Shown piece after piece: positions 9,336 to 18,520 of a stretch of DNA of 64,000 nt; within the stretch, counting starts at the first letter, position 1, and each line of letters opens with the position of its first letter. Source of the stretch: an uncultured virus (IMG/VR IMGVR_UViG_2687453182_000005). Its lineage: Duplodnaviria; Heunggongvirae; Uroviricota; Caudoviricetes. Where the stretch lies: the IMG/VR virus record IMGVR_UViG_2687453182_000005. One strand, 5' to 3'. The position numbers were made by a program, and so were the translations under genes. The notes under the pieces are model-generated. The model saw only the letters and a program-made list of their open reading frames with translations. It was not told the DNA's origin and ran no database searches.

Positions 9336-10823
9336 TTAAACTAAATTATGTGAGCCTTCAACTTTACGAACCCAATCGCCTTTACCGTAAATCAATACAT
9401 ATTTCATGGTGTATTCCGGTAAATTCCCTGGCCCTGTTTGTTCAACGATTTCAGCGTTGTACCAATAACCTTTGTTTTGTACATCGTGCCACGCTAAATC
9501 ATCACCTGCCGCATCTGTAATTGCGATTTTTTGTACTTCTGTTAATGCTTTACCCGTTTGAATAGTGCCGTTATTTAATGCCTTTGTTACTGCCCCAGCA
9601 ATGATCATCATCGCTCTTGCTTCACCATCTTTATTCGCAGGAATACCGCGCGTTGACAGTAGTAAACTAAGCCACTGCTGTGCAATATACGCTTTTAGCC
9701 ATTGCTCATTGGCATGTACGCTCATATCTACTGGATTAGCACCATTACCACATAAAAAGCCACGTTGATAGAAACTAATCTCAGAGCCAGATACCGCCGT
9801 TTCACCATAATAGTTCACGCGCAATTTATCTAAGCGATCGGCCGCCATATCTGTGGTAACTTGCGATGGGAATGTAATACCAAATTGTCGATACATGTAA
9901 TTTGTGGTGGCATTAGTACGCTCAAAATCTGTTGCTGCCATAATTGCCATAGGCAACGCTTGCACAAAAAAGTTTTCCTCGGTTTTTAAATTCAACCCTG
10001 TCGATGCGGTATTCATTAATGCCTTGCTGTACATTTCAGCTTGTTGATCTGGCACCGATAAATAAAGTTGGTATTTGACATTTTCACCTGCTACGTATTC
10101 AGCCAGTTCCACACTTTGCTCAATAGATAGTTCGGTTAAAAATGTTGCACTACCAAATGAGTCAGAGATAGCTTCTGCAGCCATAAAGGCTTCAAGGGCA
10201 GTCTGTGATGCATTACCCTCAGAAGTTTGTCCCTGACTTAACCCTAAGGCATCAGCAAGAGGTGAGTTGTTGACGCTAATCTGCGCTTTTTCTTGCACAC
10301 CGCCGCTGATTAAGAAAGCACTATCCATAGCATTAAAAGTCACATAACAACTGGCAAATTGTGGCTCACTTTCAGCATTGAGTTTTGCTTGAATTAAAGA
10401 TGCAATATCACTATAGGACGTCACGTCTTGAAGAGAGAGCTTGCTGATTTTTGTGGTCACATCGCCAATCACCAGCGTTAACTCACCCTCTTCAATCAGC
10501 TTTAATTTATCCAGTGTGGCAACCGGCCCACCAAAGAGTGTTGGCGCTCGTCCCATTGGCTCATAAGAGGCAATCTGTAGCTCTTTAGGCTTGCTGACGG
10601 GAGCCGGACTCACATAACTAAAATATTGGCGGGCAAATTGCGCTTCTGGAGAATCAGCTCCCAAAAACGCATCAACTTGACCAGAAGTAAATTCGAGTAC
10701 TTTCCCTGCTGGAATTTTAGGGTTTGTTGAAAAAATACGTGCGGTCAGTTTACGCATTGGTGCAGTAGAGGCACCAATCACCGCACTCGCAATATCAACA
10801 TAGCGTGTTTGTTTAATAGACAT
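9336..10823 (-). CDS. Contractile tail sheath (DUF3383-like)
   Basis: 495 aa; SPE..A..YF, NYMY.QF and LRVNYYG motifs. Confidence 0.8.
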   Translation of the reverse strand: MSIKQTRYVDIASAVIGASTAPMRKLTARIFSTNPKIPAGKVLEFTSGQVDAFLGADSPEAQFARQYFSYVSPAPVSKPKELQIASYEPMGRAPTLFGGPVATLDKLKLIEEGELTLVIGDVTTKISKLSLQDVTSYSDIASLIQAKLNAESEPQFASCYVTFNAMDSAFLISGGVQEKAQISVNNSPLADALGLSQGQTSEGNASQTALEAFMAAEAISDSFGSATFLTELSIEQSVELAEYVAGENVKYQLYLSVPDQQAEMYSKALMNTASTGLNLKTEENFFVQALPMAIMAATDFERTNATTNYMYRQFGITFPSQVTTDMAADRLDKLRVNYYGETAVSGSEISFYQRGFLCGNGANPVDMSVHANEQWLKAYIAQQWLSLLLSTRGIPANKDGEARAMMIIAGAVTKALNNGTIQTGKALTEVQKIAITDAAGDDLAWHDVQNKGYWYNAEIVEQTGPGNLPEYTMKYVLIYGKGDWVRKVEGSHNLV

Positions 10824-10831
10824 ATTTATCC

Positions 10832-11344
10832 TTAAATACGAGATAGATTAGATATAAGTAAATGTGTAGCTGCAGTGTTTAGAGATAACGAGCTGGGAAA
10901 AGTGACATTAAAATCAAATGAAGGATTATGTTCATAGCTATTTCCTTCATTAATTATTGGCGCACGCCTAATTTCTGTCGCACGTTGTATTCCTATTCCT
11001 TTTTTTCTCATTGATTCAATAAAAGGCAGCGAATGAATGATCATTCGCGTTGTTCTAATTAAATCACCTGCAGTAAAATCAGATTGTTTTTTAGTAAAGC
11101 TCTGAACTTGATAAGTTAACTCAACAAGTTGTTGTTCAGTGTGATTGGCATTATTACCTTGAACATCATAACTTCTTTTCTGCCAACCTTGGCTCACCTC
11201 CTTAATAGGAAAAAACATAATAATATTATTATCAGTGATTTCTTCCGGTTGATATCCTGTAATAACTTCAGCATTGATATCTGTTTTTATTAATTGTTTT
11301 ATTAATTGCTCTCGAATAGCTTTATTAATATCATTATCATTCAT
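10832..11344 (-). CDS. Tail terminator / completion protein
   Basis: Position before the sheath gene. Confidence 0.55.
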   Translation of the reverse strand: MNDNDINKAIREQLIKQLIKTDINAEVITGYQPEEITDNNIIMFFPIKEVSQGWQKRSYDVQGNNANHTEQQLVELTYQVQSFTKKQSDFTAGDLIRTTRMIIHSLPFIESMRKKGIGIQRATEIRRAPIINEGNSYEHNPSFDFNVTFPSSLSLNTAATHLLISNLSRI

Positions 11345-11380
11345 TTCATCTCCTTTATTTTACACTCCTTTTTAATCACT

Positions 11381-11830
11381 TTAATTAATACACTCTTGGC
11401 GAATATAACCTTGTAGACCTAAGATGATGGACTCTGACTGAGCAATTCTTTCTCTGAGTATCCAATAATTTCGGATAGCGGCGTCAGTAGGTCTGGCGCG
11501 GGTTGCATCATCCACGCGGGGGGTGGAATTGGCGTCGTTTGTTGCACAACTGGCTCTGATGTACACCCGCTCAGGATCACGCTCAGCATAACTACGCAAC
11601 CGGTTAATTTCGCTCTTGGCACTGGCTAACTCCTGTAAACGTTGAGTATCCATTTGATATAATTGCTTTATTCTTAATTGATAGTTTTTGTTTTCTACAA
11701 TCTGTTGCGTCAGTGTTTCATTAATTTTCACATATTTTTGTTTTAATATTTTATTTCTATCAATAACCCCAAAAAGTCCAGCAATTAAACATAACATAAT
11801 GATTATTATGATTTTTGTAAGATAGTTCAT
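11381..11830 (-). CDS. Rz-like i-spanin
   Basis: N-terminal TM segment, coiled coil, LQGYIRQEC C-terminus. Confidence 0.85.
   Translation of the reverse strand: MNYLTKIIIIIMLCLIAGLFGVIDRNKILKQKYVKINETLTQQIVENKNYQLRIKQLYQMDTQRLQELASAKSEINRLRSYAERDPERVYIRASCATNDANSTPRVDDATRARPTDAAIRNYWILRERIAQSESIILGLQGYIRQECIN
11419..11622 (-). CDS. Rz1-like o-spanin lipoprotein embedded in Rz
   Basis: Lipobox LSGC; Pro-rich PPPAWMMQPAPD. Confidence 0.8.
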   Translation of the reverse strand: MPRAKLTGCVVMLSVILSGCTSEPVVQQTTPIPPPAWMMQPAPDLLTPLSEIIGYSEKELLSQSPSS

Positions 11831-12231
11831 AATAACAACCAAGCATCTTCAAATACTTTTTTGGCATAGGGTTGATAACCCAGTTCAATATTAATAATGG
11901 CTATAGATAAAGATATACAAACTTTTTTTATTTGGGTATCAATAGGTTTATTACTTTCAATCCCTATTTCTTTTGATACGCGCTCAATATAACCTAATGT
12001 ATTATTCTCATTAGGTGGTGCATAGCGATAAATAATAGATTTAATTGTATTTAAACCATATTTATTTTGATAGGTTTGAATTAATTTATAAATTGCTCTG
12101 ATGCCATATTCTGGTGAAATAAATTGACAAAAATCTTTATCTGTTTGCGTGCTTGCTAATCCTTGCCATTTTGCACCATGGCGTATATTACCTGGGTTAT
12201 TATTACGTTCACCCCGCGCTATTTTAGCCAT
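11827..12231 (-). CDS. Endolysin (lysozyme-like)
   Basis: Between holin and spanin; RG.RNNNPGNIR and YAPPNEN motifs. Confidence 0.7.
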   Translation of the reverse strand: MAKIARGERNNNPGNIRHGAKWQGLASTQTDKDFCQFISPEYGIRAIYKLIQTYQNKYGLNTIKSIIYRYAPPNENNTLGYIERVSKEIGIESNKPIDTQIKKVCISLSIAIINIELGYQPYAKKVFEDAWLLL

Positions 12232-12233
12232 TT

Positions 12234-12533
12234 TTAACTCCTATTTTTCCTGATAAGAAGTTTGCTTACAGGTTCAATGCCTACATAACCAATAAAGACA
12301 CTGGCTAAGTAAGCAAATTGATGATTAATACTAAATAAAAGGAGAATATCTTTGATAAACCAAGCAAACATTGCACACATCAGTCCATCTAAAAAAGTTT
12401 TTTTCCATCCTCCTGCGTTATATAAACTTCGAAGAATAGCCATTCCCCCAGCGAGTAAGGCTGATATACCTTGCTCTTTCATTGAATAAAGAACAATGCA
12501 TATTTGTTCCCATAGATCTGGATTTTCTTTCAT
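12234..12533 (-). CDS. Holin, lambda S family
   Basis: 99 aa, three TM segments, FIGYVG motif. Confidence 0.85.
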   Translation of the reverse strand: MKENPDLWEQICIVLYSMKEQGISALLAGGMAILRSLYNAGGWKKTFLDGLMCAMFAWFIKDILLLFSINHQFAYLASVFIGYVGIEPVSKLLIRKNRS

Positions 12534-12766
12534 TATTTCTTATGGCTTACCTCCAATCAGAGGAAATGTCATTAATAATATATTCATTCTTCATATCTAA
12601 TTTTAATCACAACGCTAATATGAATATATTGACGGTTTTATTTATCTAATAAATTAGATAAAAGCGTAGTATAAAAAATGCCATAACATAAACCTATTGG
12701 CAGTGAGATCGATTAACTCGCCAAGCTTATATAATGGTCAGTGTGATAGTGATAAATATTGAAAAC

Positions 12767-12795
12767 AAAAAAGCCCCACTTCAAAAGTGAGGCTT
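12767..12795 (-). terminator. tR'-like terminator of the tailocin late leader
   Basis: GCCTCACT-TTTGA-AGTGGGGC-TTTTTT on the minus strand. Confidence 0.75.
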
Positions 12796-12845
12796 CTTAG
12801 ATTTTGCTGAGAGCTTGTTAGATACAAATCTCTCACTGTGGAGTT

Positions 12846-12874
12846 ATAGTATGCTTATTTTTCCTTTAAGTCAA
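12846..12874 (-). promoter_or_regulatory. pR'-like late promoter
   Basis: TTGACT-17 bp-TACTAT just downstream of Q and upstream of a terminator. Confidence 0.7.
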
Positions 12875-12913
12875 CAATATTTTTTCATAAAAATAAATAA
12901 AAATAGAAAATTA

Positions 12914-13729
12914 TTATTTTACAGTAACTTCTTGTAGAAATTTATCTGATAAAGACTCTTCTTTAAAGCATTCCGCCACTAAAAAATCAAATAGCGGTTT
13001 ATAATGACTATAAGCAGCCGTTTTTGAAATACTCACCACATGTTGCAATTGTTGTAAGACTTCGCTGAATTTAAGGCGAGGATAACCGCGTCCAGCACAT
13101 TGGCGACAAGGTTTAAATACGGCAACTCCTTGTAATTCAGTCTGTTTTTTATCAATAATTTTTCCACGTCCATGGCAACGGCATGCTAAACGAATTTCCG
13201 CTTTACCTTTGCATGTAGGGCAAATAACGCGTGTTACTTCCCTTACCTCTCGAAAAGAAGGTTTATTTGATGAGGTTGTTTTTAGATGAGGTTTGGCATT
13301 TTGAGTAACCTGCTGGGTTGTTTTTCGACCATGGCATTTGGTGGTAAAAACTTCAACTTCGATAAAGCCATCATCACAATCAGGACATGCTCTCTTGCTG
13401 GCTGCACTTCTGGCATAATCCTGAAAAGCATATTCAGCGATAATATGTAAAACTTTAGCTTTATCATGTTCAGCTAACTTATCAATCATCTTATATTGGT
13501 TAACTTGAGTTAATGCACATTGATACAGGCTTTCTATCGCTTCTTCGGGACGGTTAATGTGGTGTTTCGCTAAAAATAGCTCTATTCCCATTCGCCCTTT
13601 ACGTGTCGCTAAGCTTATTGAAGCCATTACATCCGTAATGGATAATGAATCAACAGCTTTAGGCGTTCTAACATCACTTAATACAACACTTTTTGGAGAA
13701 AAATACTTAGGTAAGTCAGCTAATCTCAT
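12914..13729 (-). CDS. Late antiterminator Q (Zn-finger type)
   Basis: KYFSPKS, LSITDVMA, YARSAAS and several CxxC motifs. Confidence 0.85.
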   Translation of the reverse strand: MRLADLPKYFSPKSVVLSDVRTPKAVDSLSITDVMASISLATRKGRMGIELFLAKHHINRPEEAIESLYQCALTQVNQYKMIDKLAEHDKAKVLHIIAEYAFQDYARSAASKRACPDCDDGFIEVEVFTTKCHGRKTTQQVTQNAKPHLKTTSSNKPSFREVREVTRVICPTCKGKAEIRLACRCHGRGKIIDKKQTELQGVAVFKPCRQCAGRGYPRLKFSEVLQQLQHVVSISKTAAYSHYKPLFDFLVAECFKEESLSDKFLQEVTVK

Positions 13730-13974
13730 ACAATATTCCCTTTGATTTACTGTCACGACTTATTTGCTTATCCATATCCCACAACAAGCTAGGGGCACTT
13801 ACATGCCTGCTTAAATCACCATTAGCGTATTGATGCACTCAATGCTATTTTATACTCAACCTATCCGTTATGGTTAATTTAGTTAACAAATCATGTTTAA
13901 CATACTTTTATTAACTGTTAATTAATGCTAGTATGTAACCAAAGTCACGTCAAGATAGAAAAGGAAATTAACTA

Positions 13975-14712
13975 GTGGTTAAAAATAACTATAAGTTAGC
14001 ATTCACAAAAAGACTACAAGAAGCCTGCCTAGACTCTGGGATTGCGGGTAGAGGGTTAGGTAAAAGAATTACAGAGGCATTGGCTAAACAAGGAATAAAA
14101 GTCAGTGCGCCTGCTGTCTGGAAATGGTTAAATGGTGAATCCGTTCCTGACTCAACGAATATTTTAGCCTTAAGTCAGTGGCTAGATGTTCGAGCTGAAT
14201 GGTTAGAATATGGCAGAGGCGCCAAGAAAAATGATGGCATTTCAGTTAATGAAATAATGCCTGTTAATGATTGGGATAATAGTACTCCTATAGAGCGAGA
14301 TGAAGTGGAGATCCCATTTTATTCAACAATTGAATTGGCCGCAGGTTTTGGCAGTTGTACCACTGATAATCAAAAGGTGGAATTATTGAGATTCTCTCGT
14401 TCTACATTTAATCAATATGGTGTACAGCCAAGTGATGCTGTTGCTTTTAAAGTGCATGGCGACAGTATGTCACCGGTTATTCCTGACAGCTCCATTGTAA
14501 CCATCAGTACAGGGCATACTAAGATTATTGATGGTGGTATTTACGCTATTCAGCAAGGTGACTTGTTAAGAGTTAAAATCTTGCACCGCTTACCCAATAA
14601 TAAAATCATTATTCGTAGCTATAATACGATTGATTATCCTGATGAAGAATCAACCTTAGAAGAAGTAAAAATCTTAGGGCGTGTTTTTAATTGGTCGGTG
14701 ATGGGCTGGTGA
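13975..14712 (+). CDS. CI/PrtR-like repressor with S24 autopeptidase
   Basis: N-terminal HTH, A-G cleavage site (LAAGFG), GDSM serine and LRVK lysine. Confidence 0.9.
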   Translation: MVKNNYKLAFTKRLQEACLDSGIAGRGLGKRITEALAKQGIKVSAPAVWKWLNGESVPDSTNILALSQWLDVRAEWLEYGRGAKKNDGISVNEIMPVNDWDNSTPIERDEVEIPFYSTIELAAGFGSCTTDNQKVELLRFSRSTFNQYGVQPSDAVAFKVHGDSMSPVIPDSSIVTISTGHTKIIDGGIYAIQQGDLLRVKILHRLPNNKIIIRSYNTIDYPDEESTLEEVKILGRVFNWSVMGW

Positions 14713-14745
14713 TCGCTTTAGGAAAAGTGAATGAAAAAGTGAATA

Positions 14746-14799
14746 GTGCTAACACTAGGCTTACTGGTATTCACTATTAAGCCTAATGTTAGCTTTTTT
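14746..14799 (+). terminator. Long hairpin terminator between the repressor and trpS
   Basis: GCTAACA.TAGGCTTA ... TAAGCCTA.TGTTAGC-TTTTTT. Confidence 0.7.
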
Positions 14800-14811
14800 A
14801 AATACAATAGC

Positions 14812-15831
14812 TCACAAGATCAATAATCCTAGACCACGTTTTACTTCATCAAGCTTTTGTTGAGTCACTTCTTTCGCTTTATCGCTCCCTTCTTTGATCA
14901 CTTGTAATAAATAAGCTTTATCATTAATAAGTTGCGCTCTTTTTTCACGTATTGGTTGCAGAAGCTCTTGTAAGATATCATTAAGCATAGCTTTGCATTT
15001 CATATCACCAAGTCCTCCTCTTTGGTAATGAGCCTTCATTGCTGTCACCGTGGCTTTGTCTTGGCAAAAAGCATCTAAATAGGTGAACACCACATTACCT
15101 TCAATATGACCTGGTGATGCAACATCAATATGTTGCGGATCGGTATACATCGAATAAACCGCTTTTTTAATTTCATCGGCTGTGGATGATAAATTAATCG
15201 TATTACCTAAGGATTTAGACATTTTCCCACTACCATCTGTACCGGGTAAACGACCGACTTGCCCTACTACGACCTTACAGCTTGTCAATACTGGTTGCCC
15301 TATTAAGCTATTTATTTTGGTGACGATTTCATTGGTTTGCTCAATCATAGGTAATTGATCTTCGCCAGCGGGCACAATATCTGCACTAAATGCAGTAATA
15401 TCCGCTGCTTGACTGACAGGATAGGTTAAAAATCCCGCCGGCAATGAACGAGAAAGATTTTTTTGCAAAATCTCATGTTTTACTGTTGGATTACGCTCTA
15501 AGCGAGATACTGTGACAATATTTAAATACAGCATAGTCAGTTCTGATAAAGCCGGTAGTGCGGATTGTAAGCATAATGTGGAAAGTTTCGGATCAATACC
15601 AACAGCTAAATAATCAGCCACCACATCAAAAAGAAATTTACTGACCTTTTCAGGTGTTGAGCCATTATCGGTTAACCCTTGCATATCAGCCATTAAGATA
15701 TATTGTGTCGCTTTATTCTGAAATTCGACACGTTGCTGAAGAGAGCCAATATAATGACCAAGATGTAAAGGTCCAGTGATCCGATCCCCTGTTAAAACTA
15801 TCGATTTATTTTCAGTGAGATATTTGTTCAT
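14812..15831 (-). CDS. trpS: Tryptophanyl-tRNA synthetase, TrpRS II-type (probably auxiliary)
   Basis: HLGH and KMSKS class I motifs, YPVSQAADIT, GEDQ; LTGDR and RNPTVK motifs of the TrpRS II group. Confidence 0.92.
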   Translation of the reverse strand: MNKYLTENKSIVLTGDRITGPLHLGHYIGSLQQRVEFQNKATQYILMADMQGLTDNGSTPEKVSKFLFDVVADYLAVGIDPKLSTLCLQSALPALSELTMLYLNIVTVSRLERNPTVKHEILQKNLSRSLPAGFLTYPVSQAADITAFSADIVPAGEDQLPMIEQTNEIVTKINSLIGQPVLTSCKVVVGQVGRLPGTDGSGKMSKSLGNTINLSSTADEIKKAVYSMYTDPQHIDVASPGHIEGNVVFTYLDAFCQDKATVTAMKAHYQRGGLGDMKCKAMLNDILQELLQPIREKRAQLINDKAYLLQVIKEGSDKAKEVTQQKLDEVKRGLGLLIL

Positions 15832-15855
15832 TGCATTTCCTTAGTTGGGATAAAT

Positions 15856-15966
15856 ACCGCCAGAGAAATGCCATAAACAACATCACCGCGCTCTGGCGGC
15901 AATAGTGTTATTTATATAAATAAAAGATAAATAGGACTAGGTGCCGCTTAAATAAAGCGCCACCAA
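15856..15966 (-). promoter_or_regulatory. Attenuator-like alternative hairpins
   Basis: GGUGGCGCUU/AAGCGGCACC stem over the Trp codons; CCGCCAGAG/CUCUGGCGG stem near the RBS; UGGUGGC can instead pair with GCCGCCA. Confidence 0.65.
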
Positions 15967-16004
15967 TTTTGAATTGATCTTAATGAGCGAGGTCTTGTAT
16001 TCAC
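15948..16004 (-). CDS. Trp leader peptide MNTRPRSLRSIQNWWRFI
   Basis: AAGGA SD, GTG start, tandem TGG TGG codons, TAA stop; upstream of trpS. Confidence 0.8.
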   Translation of the reverse strand: MNTRPRSLRSIQNWWRFI

Positions 16005-16147
16005 AATCTTTCCTTATTAACTTATTTAGTTGTATAGCAGTTTTATCTATAAGTCAATCAAGGAAAATTATCCTAAGATCATCATTATCCCAACAAGTGG
16101 AGATAAGAAAAAACCCGTTACCTCTTTCGAGATAACGGGTTCTTATA

Positions 16148-16223
<76 letters not shown>

Positions 16224-16229
16224 GAATTC

Positions 16230-16317
16230 TGGCGGAAGGATAGAGATTCGAACTCTAGGATGGTTTCCCATCGGCGGTTTTCAAGACCGCTGCCTTCAGC
16301 CACTCGGCCATCCTTCC
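16230..16317 (-). tRNA. tRNA-Ser(UGA)
   Basis: 88 nt with long variable arm, anticodon loop CTTGAAA, GCCA end; upstream TAGACA-17-CATAAT promoter with GC-rich discriminator. Confidence 0.95.
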
Positions 16318-16566
16318 ATGGCGCGCAATTATGCCTATCTCTGAGCTTGCTGTCTAGTCCTGATGATAAAAAAAATATTTTTTTTATTTGTTTGCTTAAA
16401 CTTCGGTCGAATTTTGCCTAAAAAACGATAACTTATTAATTTAGTGGTTAAATTTTGTGAGTTTTTGCTTTGTGATAATGGTGCTTTACAGATAAAAGCG
16501 ATGAATAAAGGCGAGAAAAAGATAAGAAAAAACCCGCTATCTCTTACGAGATAACGGGCTCTTATA

Positions 16567-16611
16567 TGGTGCCGGCTACCGGAGTCGAACTGGTGACCTA
16601 CTGATTACAAG
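16567..16611 (-). other. Prophage att site (3' 45 bp of tRNA-Thr, ending at the anticodon loop)
   Basis: tRNA identity stops abruptly at the anticodon loop; three GTCCCA repeats (16667, 16721, 16732) nearby could be integrase arm sites. Confidence 0.85.
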
Positions 16612-16785
16612 AGCGTAGAATTATGCTTTAATATCAACCAAATACAGTCTCACCAAGCGTTCACACGTCCCACCTTACCTAAAGTCACTTGAAGTTGCCT
16701 TATGCTACTTCATGTTGCTTGTCCCAAATTCGTCCCATCAATTCTCCCACCCTGCTATACTCTCCAAAAACTAACCGGATCCGTT

Positions 16786-17016
16786 ATGAACCTCGCAAAC
16801 CTAACTCAAGAAGAAAAAGACAAGATTAATGTCGATTTAGCGGCAAGTGGTGTCGCATATAAAGAACGACTCAATATGCCAGTTGTCGCCTCAGAAGTTG
16901 AACGACAGCAACCAGCACATTTGAGAGCGTATTTTAATGAACGATTAGCGTTTTATCGTGAGAGAAGTAAGAAGTTGCCGGATGGAAAATCGGTGCAGTA
17001 TTTGAAGGCTGAGTAG
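16786..17016 (+). CDS. holE: DNA polymerase III theta subunit homologue (phage-borne)
   Basis: [39 protein letters not shown] closely matches HolE/P1 Hot. Confidence 0.9.
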   Translation: MNLANLTQEEKDKINVDLAASGVAYKERLNMPVVASEVERQQPAHLRAYFNERLAFYRERSKKLPDGKSVQYLKAE

Positions 17017-17055
17017 TGCTGATGCTCGATGGAACCGACCGAGTTATATAATCAA

Positions 17056-18498
17056 TCAGTTATCAATTTCTGGTGTCTTATTGGTGTCCTGATTTTCTTC
17101 CTCTTCCTTTTGTCTGCGTTCCTCTTCCGCTTTCTGCGCCTCTTCCATCTCACGCATTCTCACGTTATAGATGGATTGCTCTGGCATCTGTACACGAACG
17201 GAAATAAAACGACCATCAGGGATATCAATTGGGTCACCATCTTTGTAACCGTCAATTTTATTATTGGCAAACTCAGGTGCGTTAGGGTGAGTTCGATGAT
17301 ACGTTCTCACGAGGATAGAACCGTCCTCCATAACTTTAGAGTCTACCCATATCAACGGCTGTTTATTAACATCGAGTGGAATTTCAATACCACCATCAAC
17401 ACCGCCCCAACCTGCATCTGAGTTAAAGCCGAGTACACCTTCGATAAGATATTCACCCTGAGCTACTCGAGTAACTGTAGCACCTTCTGATTCATCGTTA
17501 GTGGTGAATGTGCCGTCGGGGTTGATGTTAACTATCGGGGAAGCTTTTTTTATGAATCCTTGGGGATCAACTGTCGTATTTTGTTCTCCATATGTTTTAT
17601 ACCACCGACTCCACTTATCATCATATGAGTAATAGGTGCGAGATAGTGCCTCAGCAGTGTAGTAATCCATCCAATGTTGTATGCATGATGATTGACCAGC
17701 GCCACGCCAAACAGTTAAATTACCCGCCCGTTTCGTTGGGTGATTTAAACTCTTACCAGCGTCCACTGTCGCAGGCTGATTATGCCAACCAAACCCTTTT
17801 AAATTATTGAAGTCTACTACCTCTATGTTTCCTGAAGTATTCATACCATAATCATTAACCAGCATCATCATACCGGGTCTTTGTGGGTGTAATACTTCAC
17901 CAGTCCACTGTTTACCATCCCAGTAATCTAGAAATGCCTGCCCTCCCCGTACTCCCAACATATATTTATAATCATTTTGTTGAGCACAAACTCTAGACGC
18001 ATTAATAATTCCCCTAAACGTTTGCTCTGCTGTTACTGATAAATCGGCTTTATTACCAATATCCCCCTGCATCTTCTTAATGCTATCTAACGTTACTTTT
18101 TGCCCATTAGATAGCTCCACTGTCACCACATCGTTATTCATCATCCATTGATCCATTGCTCGCAGAAAATACGTCGTATCTGATGCAATAGCAGTCATAC
18201 GATTATTAGCGTCGCTGTATGAGTTCGGCTCAGTGAGATTAATACTGTAACTGGTGTTTTTTACGGTAAATGTAGCCGGTTGTGAAATGACTAATTCTGT
18301 ATCGCTATTAACTCTATCCACCATATAAATAAAATTAGAATTACCATTTTTAATTAAAATAATGGTGCCTGAGCGAATAGCGGGATTATTAACTGTCCAT
18401 TTAGTACCTGTGCCAGAGACAATAGCAGACCCTGACACTGTGCTAACAGTGCCTGTTGTGTATATCATGAGAATAATTTTCCTAAAATTTAGATACAA
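17056..18498 (-). CDS. Tail fibre protein
   Basis: IYTTGTV..VSGTGTKW N-terminus; NTTVDPQGFIKKASP C-terminal domain. Confidence 0.8.
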   Translation of the reverse strand: MYLNFRKIILMIYTTGTVSTVSGSAIVSGTGTKWTVNNPAIRSGTIILIKNGNSNFIYMVDRVNSDTELVISQPATFTVKNTSYSINLTEPNSYSDANNRMTAIASDTTYFLRAMDQWMMNNDVVTVELSNGQKVTLDSIKKMQGDIGNKADLSVTAEQTFRGIINASRVCAQQNDYKYMLGVRGGQAFLDYWDGKQWTGEVLHPQRPGMMMLVNDYGMNTSGNIEVVDFNNLKGFGWHNQPATVDAGKSLNHPTKRAGNLTVWRGAGQSSCIQHWMDYYTAEALSRTYYSYDDKWSRWYKTYGEQNTTVDPQGFIKKASPIVNINPDGTFTTNDESEGATVTRVAQGEYLIEGVLGFNSDAGWGGVDGGIEIPLDVNKQPLIWVDSKVMEDGSILVRTYHRTHPNAPEFANNKIDGYKDGDPIDIPDGRFISVRVQMPEQSIYNVRMREMEEAQKAEEERRQKEEEENQDTNKTPEIDN

Positions 18499-18520
18499 AA
18501 AAACCGCATTAGCGCGGTAT

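Larger units (their letters stand above)
284..14712 (-). mobile_element. Head-less contractile phage-tail cluster (probable R-type tailocin or domesticated prophage)
   Basis: Intact tail, baseplate, lysis, Q and repressor genes; no terminase, portal, capsid, replication or integrase gene between ortT-like and trpS. Confidence 0.8.

Noticed and set aside
284..14712. T6SS or eCIS/PVC
   Set aside because: No membrane complex, AAA+ ATPase or effector genes; it has a phage lysis cassette and Q instead.
16520..16611. Third complete tRNA gene
   Set aside because: Only the 3' half is present; it is the att remnant.
17029..17421. 130-aa plus-strand ORF
   Set aside because: Antisense shadow of the tail-fibre C-terminus; no RBS.
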